Shown here: positions 37,037 to 48,948 of the stretch, one piece after another | Position numbering within the stretch: position 1 is the first letter of the stretch | How the letters are laid out: the number at the start of each line of letters is the position of its first letter | Assembly (NCBI GenBank): GCA_032718475.1 | Contig: JAUCBJ010000174.1 | Span: forward strand, 62,001 to 126,000 | From: Nemertoderma westbladi | Lineage: Eukaryota > Animalia > Xenacoelomorpha | DNA length: 64,000 bases | Direction: 5' to 3' | Position numbers and translations under genes: made by a program | Notes under the pieces: generated by a model | The model's input: only the letters and a program-made list of their open reading frames with translations | The model's database searches: none | What the model was told of the DNA's origin: nothing

Positions 37037-40036
37037 TTATTCTTCTTCTTTACTTAAGAAGTCGGATCCACCTAACCAGCCTGGAGTATCTATCAGTTCT
37101 TGAGGAGTTGCTCCTCTGGAAGCGATGTCGGCTGGATTAATCGTCCCAAGGCAATGTCTCCATTGATCTACATTGGAGTTAATATCGTCATTATCTGAGG
37201 AGTATGGTGTTCCCTCAGTTGGTTCGTCCACCTCACTGCTCTCCACTTCCCATTCCTTTACTTGGTATACCTGTTGTTGAGGTAATCTCTCTTTGAGAGT
37301 TCTACGGGAAGGGCCAGTGAAGTACCAACCTACTCTAGTTCTTACCGCATAGGTTTGTAGTGGCTGTGGTTGAGCAGGCCGTTTCTCCAATGTCTCTAGC
37401 GCCTCATGCGCGTTTTGGCCGATGAGTATTTGCACTCCAGGATAATCTGTGTGGAATCGAGGTATCTTAAGCTGCTGGATGCTCTCGTCCTCGTCCCAGT
37501 TATAAGGTTCTACCTGGGTAGTGGCGAAGTTCTTTATAGTCACCATTTTTACTGACCTTATACTTTGTTCTCCTAATTTATCCTGGGGGGTGGACAACGC
37601 ACCTACATAGTAATCTGCCATTATGGTAGATTTCCAAACCTGCATAATTCCTGACATATCCAACTTAGTTCGGAATTTGGGTTGTCCAGCAAAGATGTCT
37701 TCGGCTAGTTCTTGATCGATGAATGTTCCTGTGCTGCCGGAGTCAAGGAGGGCGTTCACTATGTAACTTTTGTTGGGACCGTGAACTCTTACCTGCACTA
37801 CAGGAAATTCTCTGATTCCTACGTTGGAAGTTGGAGGTTTCCAAGATGGTTGTCTGTCAAAGGTAGTTGGGGGGAACTCATTGTCGGTGTCCTTTTCATA
37901 CGTAAGTGCTCGATACACTGCGGTATTTATTAGGTAACAGGATTCGTTGGCGTCGGAGAATTCGTCCGTATAGAATCCTTCCATCTCAGACTCTTGATCA
38001 GTGTCATTTACATCACTGAATTGGACATGTAGTTCGGGCTCACTTACCTGACTCGGGTTGTTTCGTTCGAATTCACTGCGTAGCAAGATGTGATGTTTCG
38101 CACCGCACTTTGCACACTTTACTTCGGAGTAACAGGTTCGCCGTTGGTGTCCTGGTCTGAGGCAATTATAGCATAACCGCTTATCCCACATGACTTCACG
38201 TCTGTCTACCAGGGATTTCTTTAGGAATTCAGCACACACACTCAAACGGTGGGGCCCGTCGCACAGCGCACATTTTGGTTTGATGTTACTCACTTTACCT
38301 TGGGCAACGTTATGCACTCTCGTTCTTTCTTCGGGCTTTCTTCCGTGAATTCTCTTAGGAGACGTAGGAGGAGTTGTTGTTACCTGTTCTCTCCTGTCAC
38401 TGGTTCGAGACTTATATTTACTTACGTCTTTATAGGTCTTGTTGTCATAGTAAGATTTTGCTGTGTCTTTCCCGCTGTCCTCTTCCTGAGAGACTTGGCT
38501 TTCGCCGTCGTCAGTATAACACACTGGTGTTACCCTTCTCCTAGAAACGGGTTTCTCACTTACCTTATTTTCCGATGTTTTCTCTCTGGACTGCTTTATG
38601 AGTTGTAATTTTACTTCACTATCTAAGAAGGACATGAGATCAGCCATGGTAGGGTCTCGTTGTTGTTGTTCCATCATATATAACACTTTCTTGTCCCAGC
38701 GTGTACCTACTCCACCCTTTGGTAAAGTAGATGCTAAGGCTCCTACAACCATAGAGTTCTGGTATTCATGAGACTTACCTAACCAATCTAGCTGTCTACA
38801 GATCTCCTGAATCTCATCGGAAAATTCTATAATCCCGCTGCTAAGAAACTTTCGGGGCGCCATTAATTTCGCATATAAATACCTAGCTATGTTAGTCCTA
38901 TTACCATACCTGATGTTTAATGTATCCCAAACTTGTCTTAATCCATCTGGATGTCCAATAAATTTTAACGCCATTAACTTGGGAGGTCCTTCCAAGCATT
39001 CGATGAGGTATCTGAGTTTCTCTCCGTTAGATAGCACAGAATTCTGTATGTTATCTTTGTAATATTCATTAAAAGGTAACCATTTCATCTCATCTCCATT
39101 GAACTTGACGATCTCTCCAACCTTTACCGCTTGACGGGCTTCGGTTCTAGCCATTTGACGCGTAAAACTTTCTTGAGCCATCGTATTATTGAATATAGAA
39201 TTATCGGTATATAAATTTCTCGGATTATGATCAGGTCTATATGGAATATTATTATCAACAGGTTTATAATCACCCTGAATAGGGTTTACTATAGGAGTTT
39301 CTACTTCACTAGCAGTATAGATGCGTGTAGGCTCCACACCTTGCGCATGAGATACTTCAGACCTAACGGGTTGACACATTGTTACAGGGGGTGGTGGTAT
39401 ACCCTTTTGTAAATTGACTAATTTATCGCGTTCTAACGCGATACTTTGCTGCACCTTTTGCAACTCTAACCTACTTTCCCTTACTGTTCCCTTGAGCTGC
39501 TGAACAGTCTCTTCCATTTCCCGGACCTGCTGAGAGGAGCACAAACAGTGTTCCCTCAGCTGCTCGAGCAGGAGACCCATCTCCCGTCGTCCCTCAGCTA
39601 CCCACTCAACCGCCGAAGCGGGAGTCGCCAACGTAGTAGCGGGCGAGCGAGAGACGACGGGCGATAAATTCTTGATATCTCGCTCGGCGTCCAGGACAGG
39701 TTCGGACTCGGGAACAGTCCTACTGGGCACAGGTAGTTTAGTACTGTACAAAGGGAATTTATAGGCAGGTTCTGGGAGTACAGGTGTCTCTATCTTTCTT
39801 TCCGCTTCTACTGTTGCCATTGCCTCTGCCGCCTTTCTTTCCGCTTCTGCTGTTGCCATTGTCTCTGCCACCTTTCTTTCCGCTTCTGCTGTTGCCATTG
39901 CCTCTGCCGCCTTTCTTTCCGCTTCTGCTGTTGCCATTGCCTCTGCCATCTTCCTTTCAAGACCCTGTCCAAGTCTAAGACTCATTCTAACACCTTCCAA
40001 AAGACTATCTGACAGTGCCCGTTTTGTGTCAGACAT
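37037..40036 (-). CDS. BEL Gag-protease fused in frame to a short RNase H C-terminal remnant
   Basis: Intact 999 aa; 13-aa N-terminal repeats; KFNGDEMKW...EKLRYLIECLEGPP (DUF1759-like); three knuckles CALCDGPH/CYNCLRPGH/CAKCGAKHH; ALLDSGS; ends QWRHCLGTINPADIASRG; no YVDD and no integrase core. Confidence 0.92.
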   Translation of the reverse strand: MSDTKRALSDSLLEGVRMSLRLGQGLERKMAEAMATAEAERKAAEAMATAEAERKVAETMATAEAERKAAEAMATVEAERKIETPVLPEPAYKFPLYSTKLPVPSRTVPESEPVLDAERDIKNLSPVVSRSPATTLATPASAVEWVAEGRREMGLLLEQLREHCLCSSQQVREMEETVQQLKGTVRESRLELQKVQQSIALERDKLVNLQKGIPPPPVTMCQPVRSEVSHAQGVEPTRIYTASEVETPIVNPIQGDYKPVDNNIPYRPDHNPRNLYTDNSIFNNTMAQESFTRQMARTEARQAVKVGEIVKFNGDEMKWLPFNEYYKDNIQNSVLSNGEKLRYLIECLEGPPKLMALKFIGHPDGLRQVWDTLNIRYGNRTNIARYLYAKLMAPRKFLSSGIIEFSDEIQEICRQLDWLGKSHEYQNSMVVGALASTLPKGGVGTRWDKKVLYMMEQQQRDPTMADLMSFLDSEVKLQLIKQSREKTSENKVSEKPVSRRRVTPVCYTDDGESQVSQEEDSGKDTAKSYYDNKTYKDVSKYKSRTSDRREQVTTTPPTSPKRIHGRKPEERTRVHNVAQGKVSNIKPKCALCDGPHRLSVCAEFLKKSLVDRREVMWDKRLCYNCLRPGHQRRTCYSEVKCAKCGAKHHILLRSEFERNNPSQVSEPELHVQFSDVNDTDQESEMEGFYTDEFSDANESCYLINTAVYRALTYEKDTDNEFPPTTFDRQPSWKPPTSNVGIREFPVVQVRVHGPNKSYIVNALLDSGSTGTFIDQELAEDIFAGQPKFRTKLDMSGIMQVWKSTIMADYYVGALSTPQDKLGEQSIRSVKMVTIKNFATTQVEPYNWDEDESIQQLKIPRFHTDYPGVQILIGQNAHEALETLEKRPAQPQPLQTYAVRTRVGWYFTGPSRRTLKERLPQQQVYQVKEWEVESSEVDEPTEGTPYSSDNDDINSNVDQWRHCLGTINPADIASRGATPQELIDTPGWLGGSDFLSKEEE

Positions 40037-41850
40037 GTTTGTTTGTACAGTTGAATGCCTACTGCTATATTACAGTTAAAGCAAGTCTAGTAATTCAGTA
40101 TCACTGCAAGCCTAGCGATTAATTACCGATACCGTTACTCGGTGTAACGTGATATATATACAATATATTAGAATACCGGTATGCTTATAGTATATCTATA
40201 AGTATTATTACAGACTAGATTTGTCACAGAGTACCGGTATATAATTTTAGCACAAATATATATAAATATATAATAGGCCTATCGTGAATACGGTATACAG
40301 CTGACACTTATAGTATATATAAGTATAATTATTACAGACTTGAATTAATTACAGAATACCGTTATGATTTCAGCCTAAATTTATAGAAATAAATATAATA
40401 AGCCTATTGTAGATACCGGTATGTCAATTATTTTAGAATAATTGAATTTCTGAAATTTTTAGGGTTACTTAGTTACTTCAATTTACTCTATTACCGTTAT
40501 TTAAGCAGTAGTCCAACTGATATTAAGACCTGAGGATTGTATGACAGGCCTACTATTTTATTAATAGATTTGGATTGATTTATGTTATATATACCCGTAT
40601 GAGGGGTTTTTTGTTACAATATTGAAATAGATGTTACTATTTCTGGGAAGTAATCACTACACAAAAGCTGTGCGCTCTCAGTGAAGTGCTACTTATTAGA
40701 CACTAAAACAGATAATTCTACTTCCTAAGTTACTTATCTACAAATTACTTACGATACGGGTGAGATTAATTCTCTAACTAAACACAACAAAAATATTACG
40801 TATGAAATTTTAGGGTAATTTTACAGGGAAACTACAAACCAGTCTAACAAAGGGTTAGAACTTCTGGTTATTACAACAGACAGGATACTACGGTATTTGA
40901 GAATAATAAGTAGTAGTAAATACACTGCGTTGTCCAGATAGGAAAATACCACCGCCTGACGACCTATAGCCGTATCGCTATAGGTACTACGTTATGTATC
41001 ACGGAGTGTCCCTACCTAGAAGTTAATTACAGCGGTCTACCAGAACCAACGTGCCTATTAACCACTTTACAACACAAATATACTGCCTGCACACTAATTA
41101 CTTTCGGAAAGCACTGTACACTAAACCCTAAATTAGGTACAAGTACTTATTAAAAACAGATAACTAGCAGTTAAATATACTTGAACAGTTAAAAGAACCA
41201 CGGCATCTGCTGGAGTGACCGGAGCACAAAGTCACCAGTCTTTACCTACGCCAAGCAGCCCGTGTAGTACCGGGGTTAATTTAACTATAACGGTATGTGT
41301 AACAAGCACAATTACTGTAGGAATAAACTTGGGGACATGAATGTTGCGAATAATCGCATAAACTCTGAATAATAAATATTACGCTACCCGTACAGAATAC
41401 TCAAACAAAATACAAACTAAACGCTGGCAGACTACCATCAAGCCTAAATAAACTACAGTATGTGCAGATTCCAAAATGGTTAGTTAGTATGCGTTCTAAC
41501 ACGGTAGTACGACTTATTCTTTAAGAGGGGATTGACCTTACAGCTCTGGCTGCCCCTACTTCCTAACCGTACTTTATCGGACATACACTCTACATGCACT
41601 GCAATCCGTTCAGACCCAACAACAGTCAGAACAACAGTCCAGCCTACAAATTATCTGTACAATCTGAGCAGGGTTACACGCCTTCTGCTCAATATTAGCC
41701 TACTAGTAAATAAAACTGACAGAAATAAGTAAACTATACAAAGAATGAGGGGTGATCAATCCCTATTCCCCTGGCAGCCTACAATATACAATATATCACA
41801 ATCGAAATAATACTAATGTACTTGCACTGGAAGTACCGGTTAGGACAGTT

Positions 41851-42007
41851 AGGCCTACTGACCTACAGCAGTACCGATTCTGACAGTTGGGCCTACGGAC
41901 CTACAGCAGTACCGATTCTGGCAGTTGGGCCTACGGACCTACAGCAGTACCGGTTCAGGTTTACTGGTCGACCGGTACTTTCAACTTTATTGCTTACTGC
42001 AATAAAG
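41851..42007 (-). repeat. Leader tandem repeat (3 x ~39 bp) and two 9-bp stem-loops
   Basis: GGCCTAC(G/T)GACCTACAGCAGTACCG x3; stems AGTACCGGT/ACCGGTACT (41946-41979) and CTTTATTGC/GCAATAAAG (41985-42007). Confidence 0.8.
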
Positions 42008-42021
42008 AAGATAACTGTTAT

Positions 42022-43251
42022 TGTACGCGCTTTTGAAGACCTTTAGCAGTTTAACCTGCCAAAATTTATATGTCTTTTGGTTTATAAATAGACTTTAGTA
42101 AATGACAAGTATTTAATACCAATAAACACAACATTAGCCGAAGCCAGCCTAGTGCGCGTCCATTCACCCGCTGGATATACCCGGGAGACTGGATTCGGAG
42201 GGCTTAGATTTTATTATTGCAGTGTAAGCTTACTGTATTATTCGATTGATCGTTAATAAGTAATTTCTGACGAGTATTATTCACTTTCGGGAAATATTAA
42301 CAGTTCCTTTAGGACGTGGCGCTCTATCTAGGTAAACAGAGATATGACTTATACTAAACACAACTGTAAGACTGTAAGGCTTATGATTCACGTATGAGGC
42401 GCATTCTTTAGGAAATGCTTAGTTATCAGCCACAATCATGCACACTACCGGTAACGCACAATACGGCACAATAATCTGCCGACCGTCAATGAATTTTATC
42501 ATATATAAAGAGAACAGCAATTGACTCATGTAGTGCCTATCAAATAGCATTAAACTCACTACAAACCACGATAATATAAGTCGCAATCGCTATGTAACCT
42601 GTCTCTCTAACCTGTAGTGTATCAAGAAAATTGGGAAATTTGGGTTCTTTATAGATGTTCTCCAAATAATATTCAACCAACTGATACAATAATAACAACA
42701 GTAAAAGCATTAAGACGGTAGGTTAAGATATGATATGATTGTTTGGTTAGTTTATAATTATGGCGAGATAACAGTTATACGTTCTATAATCTAAGCCTAC
42801 TAATGTTTCTTCTAAAGTCTGAAAACAATTGACTCTAGAGCCGGTGTTCTTGGCCTAGATAGAAACAACACAACAGTAACAAAAACACTCTCTGACTCTA
42901 ACACCGTTGCAGGTATCTTTTTACACAGAGAGGAATAGCTCTCATTGGCAGAACACCAGATTCCACAGGTTCCACGAATATCTAAATGCCGAACTATGAG
43001 GATTTTTGCAGCCCTTGGCCAACACACAAAATGAGTCACTCCGCTCGGTTGCCCTGGTTGCATACTCTGCTGCTATAGCTCTGGTTGGCCGATAGAACAT
43101 AGCAAAGAGCCCCTCGTATAACAAATCAGCCAATCAGCCGGTCGCTTTGCATCATTCGAGTTAGAGAGCTTTTTAGAGTATTCCAGCGCCTGGGGGGGGA
43201 ACTGGATTGCAAAGCAAAAGGGCCAGTTACATCCCCACAAAAGCTTTTACA
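42022..43251 (-). repeat. 5' LTR (1230 bp)
   Basis: Direct repeat of 32074-33304; upstream of gag on the minus strand. Confidence 0.95.
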
Positions 43252-43339
43252 TGAGCACTCCTGTCGTGTGGCAGGTATCCCAAGGCATCGATAGTGTTCA
43301 CCAAACTAATACAACGAACCTATTTTAAGCAGATGATAA

Positions 43340-43545
43340 GTTAGTGCCTGGGGACAATCGTCAGCCCGTCTGTAAAAGCCTTGACAGTATCCCTTTCAAA
43401 TTGATCTATATATGTTATGGCCGGTCGTCCACGACTACGCTTTCCATGAGGTGGTTGCCAGAGAAGTAGATCTGGTATGACCTCGTCTTTACTTCGCCAG
43501 CAGTGCCCACTGAATCTTAATCTGCGTTCACGGAGGGTGGTTGAT
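43340..43545 (-). mobile_element. RTE-like LINE C-terminal fragment
   Basis: LRERRLRFSGHCWRSKDE...LLLWQPPHGKRSRGRPAITYIDQ. Confidence 0.8.
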
Positions 43546-44033
43546 ACAGTACAGGTGACGGAAAGGTGGTTGATACAGTACAGGTGGTATTGTGTAATAT
43601 ATTGAATAATAGTAGTTCTTGACAAATTTTATGGTTGTGGCTATAATTACACTGTAAACTCTTTGTATTAAATTAATCCAGAGGGAGCGAGTATTGATGT
43701 AAATAAATAGCCGAAAAGGCTTCAAAACTCGACTAGGAAGTCTACAAATTTATTAAATTCGGAAAATAGTGAAAATTATGTTTAATTATATTAATCGTGC
43801 TGCGCGAAGGCCCCACGAATGTGTCATTTAAGTCTTATTTAAAACCTGTCATGTAACTAAATGTAATGAAGGAGCTGAAATAACCCACTGATTTAAGGTT
43901 TATTATGTTCAAATTGAATTTCTAGTTACAATAGAATAACGACAATCAATTGATAAATGTTACGTTATTAACCAACAGTATCCATTACAATCGTAAGGAT
44001 TGCTCGGATATTTATTAAATAAGTTAGACATTT

Positions 44034-44415
44034 TCAGTGTAGTTCTAATGTCATCTTAGTAGACCTAAATGTCACTCCTCCGTGATCGCCCCAATAGATT
44101 CCTTCCCCGTAGTATCTACGCTCTGAATCAAAATCCCCGTTGAGGTTCGTCGTAGAATCCACGGTATGCCACCAACCGCCGGACCGCTCTATAGCCAACT
44201 CGGTGTTATCGGAATCATCATTGTCTTTGTCTCTTGTAGAGAACTTTTTCCCTTGAGCTGCCTTCATTCTATCACTCAGGGCAGAAGATTTACTATATTC
44301 TACGAAGTTAAACTTGTAATACGTATCTTCTGAATCAATCGTTACATACTTATAAGTAACCTTTTCGGTGTATGTATTTCCCATAGCCTTAATTGTTAAC
44401 TCGGTATTACTTGGC
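44034..44415 (-). CDS. Last coding exon of a fibrinogen-related domain (FReD) gene or pseudogene
   Basis: NTELTI...VTIDSEDTYYK...GKKFSTRDKDND...GGWW.....NLNG...GIYW...TKMTL-stop; candidate CAG acceptor at 44418-44416 with a poor pyrimidine tract. Confidence 0.85.
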
Positions 44416-44433
44416 CTGCCCCCTCCCCCTTAA

Positions 44434-45677
44434 CCCTATTACCACTGGGGTGTTTTCACCATTAGCACCACTGGGGGGGGGGGCCGATTCGGCCCACCCA
44501 CTATATTTTTGTAGTCGTCTAATGAAATCCTACAAAATTTGGGCTGTTGGTGAAACAACTATAGATGAACACTACCAAATCTTAAAAAGTTAAAATTTCA
44601 TAAGCAGGGTCTCATAATTTTGATGAAAAATAAAAGTAGTCCCAGGACAAAATTACAAAATTTTTCGTTTTCTAAAAACTAATAGTGTGGCAGTGTTGGC
44701 TAGATTTAGTAGGTTTTTCAAGACGCTGAATCGAATGTGATTATATTCCACTTCCAAAAATTGAAGTGGATGCTATTTTTCGTGCACCTAAGAAGTGGGC
44801 GTGGTTGAAAAATTAGATATTCAGAAAATGCCCCTAATTTTTTTATTTCAACGCATCTTTATGGGTTTTCTGGGCCGCTGAATCGATTGAAAGTAATATA
44901 GAAGCCTGAAGACTGAGTGGTTCGCCATTTTTGGTGCACCAAAATTAGGGCGTGGCACTTCAAATTTTGAAAAATACGAGATTCGGAAAATAAACCAAAA
45001 TTGAAATTTTAACGAATTTATATAGGTTTTCCAGACCGCTGAATCGATTGAAAGTAATATAGAAGCCTGAAGACTTAGAATTTAGCCATTTTTTGAAATC
45101 AAAACTTTAGTGTTTTTTCCGAATAAATAAATTTTGAAAATTTGAAGTGCCACGCCCTAATTTTGGTGCACCAAAAATGGCGAACCACTAAGTCTTCAGG
45201 CTTCTATATTACTTTCAATCGATTCAGCGCTCCAGAAAACCTATAAAAATGCTTTGCAAATCGAAACTTTAGTGTATTTTCCGAATCTCGTATTTTTCAA
45301 AATTTGAAGTGCCACGCCCTAATTTTGGTGCTCCAAAAATGACGTACCACTACACTTACATACTTGTATAGAGCATTAGAGTGATCCAAACCAATAAAAA
45401 TAAATAAAAATAGCCCAAACACAAATAATTACTAAATCACAAATGACTTTGTAAAATTCGAAAATTTCAAAAAATTTGGTGCTGGAGACCAAATTTTGAG
45501 GTGACACCCACATCGAAAAGTAGAAATCCAATTGCAACGGCGTTTTTTGCAAAAGATGCGGCATTAAATTTGGCTAATTCTCACAAAAAATTGGGCCGGT
45601 ACGTAATGTGGTTGCATAGTTACAGCAACTAAAAACTAGGAAGGGGCCGATTCGGCCCCCCCCCAGTGCTAATAGGG
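44434..45677. mobile_element. TTAA-targeting piggyBac-type MITE with internal foldback repeats
   Basis: TTAA|CCCTATTA...TAATAGGG|TTAA; GGGGCCGATTCGGCCC subterminal palindromes; internal inverted blocks ~44870-45090 and ~45130-45340. Confidence 0.9.
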
Positions 45678-46178
45678 TTAATTAAAAGTTTCAACTTTTC
45701 CGTACGCCTGTGTTTATGGCAAACCCCCCAAAAAATTGTTATACTCCCTAGGTTTTGTTAGGCCTATTTTCGTTTTGAGAATGTTTTAAAAAAATTATGT
45801 ATTAATTTTGTTAAAGAATAGAGCCCTACAATAAAAAATTATTGTTCGAGAACATTATATATAAAATAATAATTAAAAATTATCATAAAAATAATAGAAT
45901 TATTTTTAATTGATTATTGTTTAAAACCATGTATTACAACATATTAATGTACAGTAGTAGGTAACACCCCCAAAATTGAACCTCGCATTTTGGTGTCTCT
46001 GAACCCTAAAATTGGGTGTAAACTATTTTTGTGCTACTAAACATCGTCTGCGTTGTTTAAGAATAGCCAAACCAAATATTATAAAAATTGGCCCCAAAAT
46101 GGGATAAAACCCGAAAACATCGACAAAAGGCGAAATTATCAACGAAGTAAAGTAAAAGTAAATTTTCTTCGGCCACTA

Positions 46179-46345
46179 CACTGAAAAATCGTACCAGTGG
46201 TTCTTTTTTAAAAAACCTCTGGTTTTCGAAAATAACCCCAGGTTAATTTGGTGAATTTTTGACCTGCGGTTAATTTCGAGGAACCAGAGTTTATCGATTC
46301 AAAGATAACCTGTGGTTAAATTTTATAAATTAAACCTCAGGTTGT
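46179..46345. repeat. Possible CACT-type (EnSpm-like) transposon end
   Basis: CACTGAAAAA followed by repeated AACCnnnGGTT palindromes; partner end not found. Confidence 0.3.
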
Positions 46346-48818
46346 TTTTCGTATATATTACCTTTTTAATTATCATGATTTACTTGCCTTTTTCTTACTG
46401 GTTTTTATCATCTTTTTCTTCAATACCAGTTTTTAATTTCCTTTTTTTTTCGTATTGGTTTTTCTTTCCATTTTTTTAAAATAATGCCTGGACTATCGCT
46501 AAGCAGCCTTATTGCTGCTCCGATTCGCCTCAGATTATACAATATTATTTAATCTCTTGATAAATTGGTATAATTACAGCATTATTATAGATAGATTTTC
46601 AGATTGCAGTAGCAGTACCGGTACTGCAGCAAAACTGCAGTTTACAAAAACCCGTTCAGCACTCTCGCAATGGACAATACATATGTAAAACAAATTGCAG
46701 ATGCGGCAGAATCATCAGTGAGAACTATCATGTTTAACTGTGCCATGAGGGAAGATGATATGATTTGTGCAGATTCTTTTGATGGGACAAATATGAAACA
46801 AGGATTTCAGTCTCTCTATGGCGCAGCTTTCGTAATTTACAGAAAACTGGTCTAATATTGGATTACGATATTTGTTCGAAATTTTGTAATGTTTGAGGTA
46901 CCGGTACTGAGCTGGAGCAGGAGGAATCTGTAGATCACGATTTGCGATAAATATCAATTTGGGAAATTGTGGTTTTTTATTGTGGTTCTTCATACCTCTT
47001 CCATCCGGTAGCCTAGGAGACCTTGGGCCACCCTGGCCATGACTGCCTGAAACATCCGAGTTCCTGAAGGAGATCGGGGCAAGTCTCCACTCTGTCACCC
47101 AGGAGCCCTGATCTCACTGCTTCCAAACCACAGAACCAATACTGTTGGCCTAATAGCCAAAGTATTGGCCTACCATGTACTGAACTGATATAGCATTAGA
47201 AGGGAACAGTAGTCAGCCCTATGTTTACAAAAGTAATTATGCTTACACTTAAAATCAAAGCAATAGTAATATAAATGCGGTTACAGTATGCTACCTGCCT
47301 TGCTGCCTTATAGGCCTAAACAAATATTAAGAAAAGTGGTCCGATCGCGTGATCGATCTACACATTCAGGCCATTAGCTATATATAAAATAACACAATAC
47401 ACAAACCCAGAACAGTAATAATGTACAGAATATTGTTGTTGGTTTGCTTATAGGCAGTGCAGGCATAACATGTAACCAAATGATAGCCAATAGTTTAGCC
47501 AATCAATGAAGGCTGCTGTAAAAGCTATCTGCCTGTGAGTCATTAGTAGCAGAGTGGAATTTATCTTCATAGGGCCTTCAAGAATGTAGAGAAGTTAACT
47601 AATATTGGTTAAGATGTATTACTGTAGGTTCTATTGGGAAATAGATTCTATAGGGAAATTCACTGATTGACAAAGGATTCGCTGGTCCACTAGGATACAG
47701 TGCTTTAGATCCACAATAATTTTTTTGTCCTTCGAATTAATTCATTATGTCCGCTGATTTTGTATTTTTATGTCCGCCAAAATTGCTACCGCTAATGCCA
47801 TTCTCAGGCTATTAGTATGGAGCAGTATATTGTAGGTAGCGAGATATATTGTAGGTAATGAGAGCCTTACAATTATACTGTATTATACTACAATAGATTT
47901 GGACTGAGATTCGGATTAGAGGAACGGTGGTTCTGAGTTAATCAACAATTGATTAATGTATCATAAGTAATAATGATTTGATTTTAAGGGATGTATTTTT
48001 ATAAAAATATTATGAAGTGTTTAGTGTTTATTCTTTATTACTTTACTGTATATGTGCGTTGTAGTTGTTGTGTACTGTTTATATTATACTGTATGTGCGA
48101 CGTATACGTATGTGTACTGTTTAGTGTTTAGTGTTTATACTTTATTATTTTACTGTATAAGTACGTTGTAGTTGTGTACTGTTTATCCATTTATATTATA
48201 CTGTATGTGCTTTGTATATGTGTTCTGTATAAATCTTTATACTTTATTATTTTACTGTATATGTGCGTTGAAGTTGTTGTGTACGGTGTATGCGTTTATA
48301 TTATACTGTATGTGCTTTGTATATGTGTAATGTTTAGTGTTTATACCTTATTATTATACTGTATATATGCGTTGCAGTTGTTGTGTACTGTGTATTCATT
48401 TATATTATACTGTATGTGCTTTGTATATGTGTAGGCCTACTGTTTAGGGTTTATACTTTATTATTATTCTGTACATGTGAGTTGTAGTTGTTGTATGTGC
48501 GCTGTAGTTGTTTATTCATTTATATTTTAATGTATTTGTTTTATCCATTTATACATTTCTATTGTAATGTATAATATGTGCTTTCTGTTTGTACAGTTAT
48601 TGTGTAATGTGTGTGTATGTGCGTTGTAGGTACAGTAGTGTGTAGTCTGTAGTGGTAGTTTATACATGTTTCATTATACTGTATATTTTTCCATTAATAG
48701 ATTTCAATTTTACTGTATATGTGCGTTCTATTTTTTGTATACTGTATAGTATATACTGCTAGGCCTATATACCGGTAACTTTGCTGTCCAGTGCCCAATA
48801 ATTAATACTTTTAAAATT

Positions 48819-48861
48819 TAGCATTGATAAAGATAGCCATTGGCTTACGAAACGTCTGCTA
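48819..48861 (+). ncRNA. Minimal type I hammerhead ribozyme (U3-A8 variant)
   Basis: TAGCA-TTGATAA-A-GATAGCC-ATT-GGCTTAC-GAAAC-GTC-TGCTA. Confidence 0.75.
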
Positions 48862-48948
48862 GGCCTAAGGGTACTATTTTTTCATACCTGTGGCTGACAG
48901 TCCTTCCTTTGTTTTATCTTTTAATATTTACTCGCCATATTCCCCAAC

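Larger units (their letters stand above)
32074..43251 (-). mobile_element. Young non-autonomous BEL/Pao-derived LTR element with accessory ORFs
   Basis: TG...CA LTRs 32074-33304 and 42022-43251 differing at only a handful of sites; 5-bp TSD TGAGC (32069-32073, 43252-43256); short purine tract GGGAGCGG (33305-33312). Confidence 0.95.

Noticed and set aside
46670-47098. Short ORFs as host exons
   Set aside because: No recognisable domain or convincing splice pair; possibly transposon interior.
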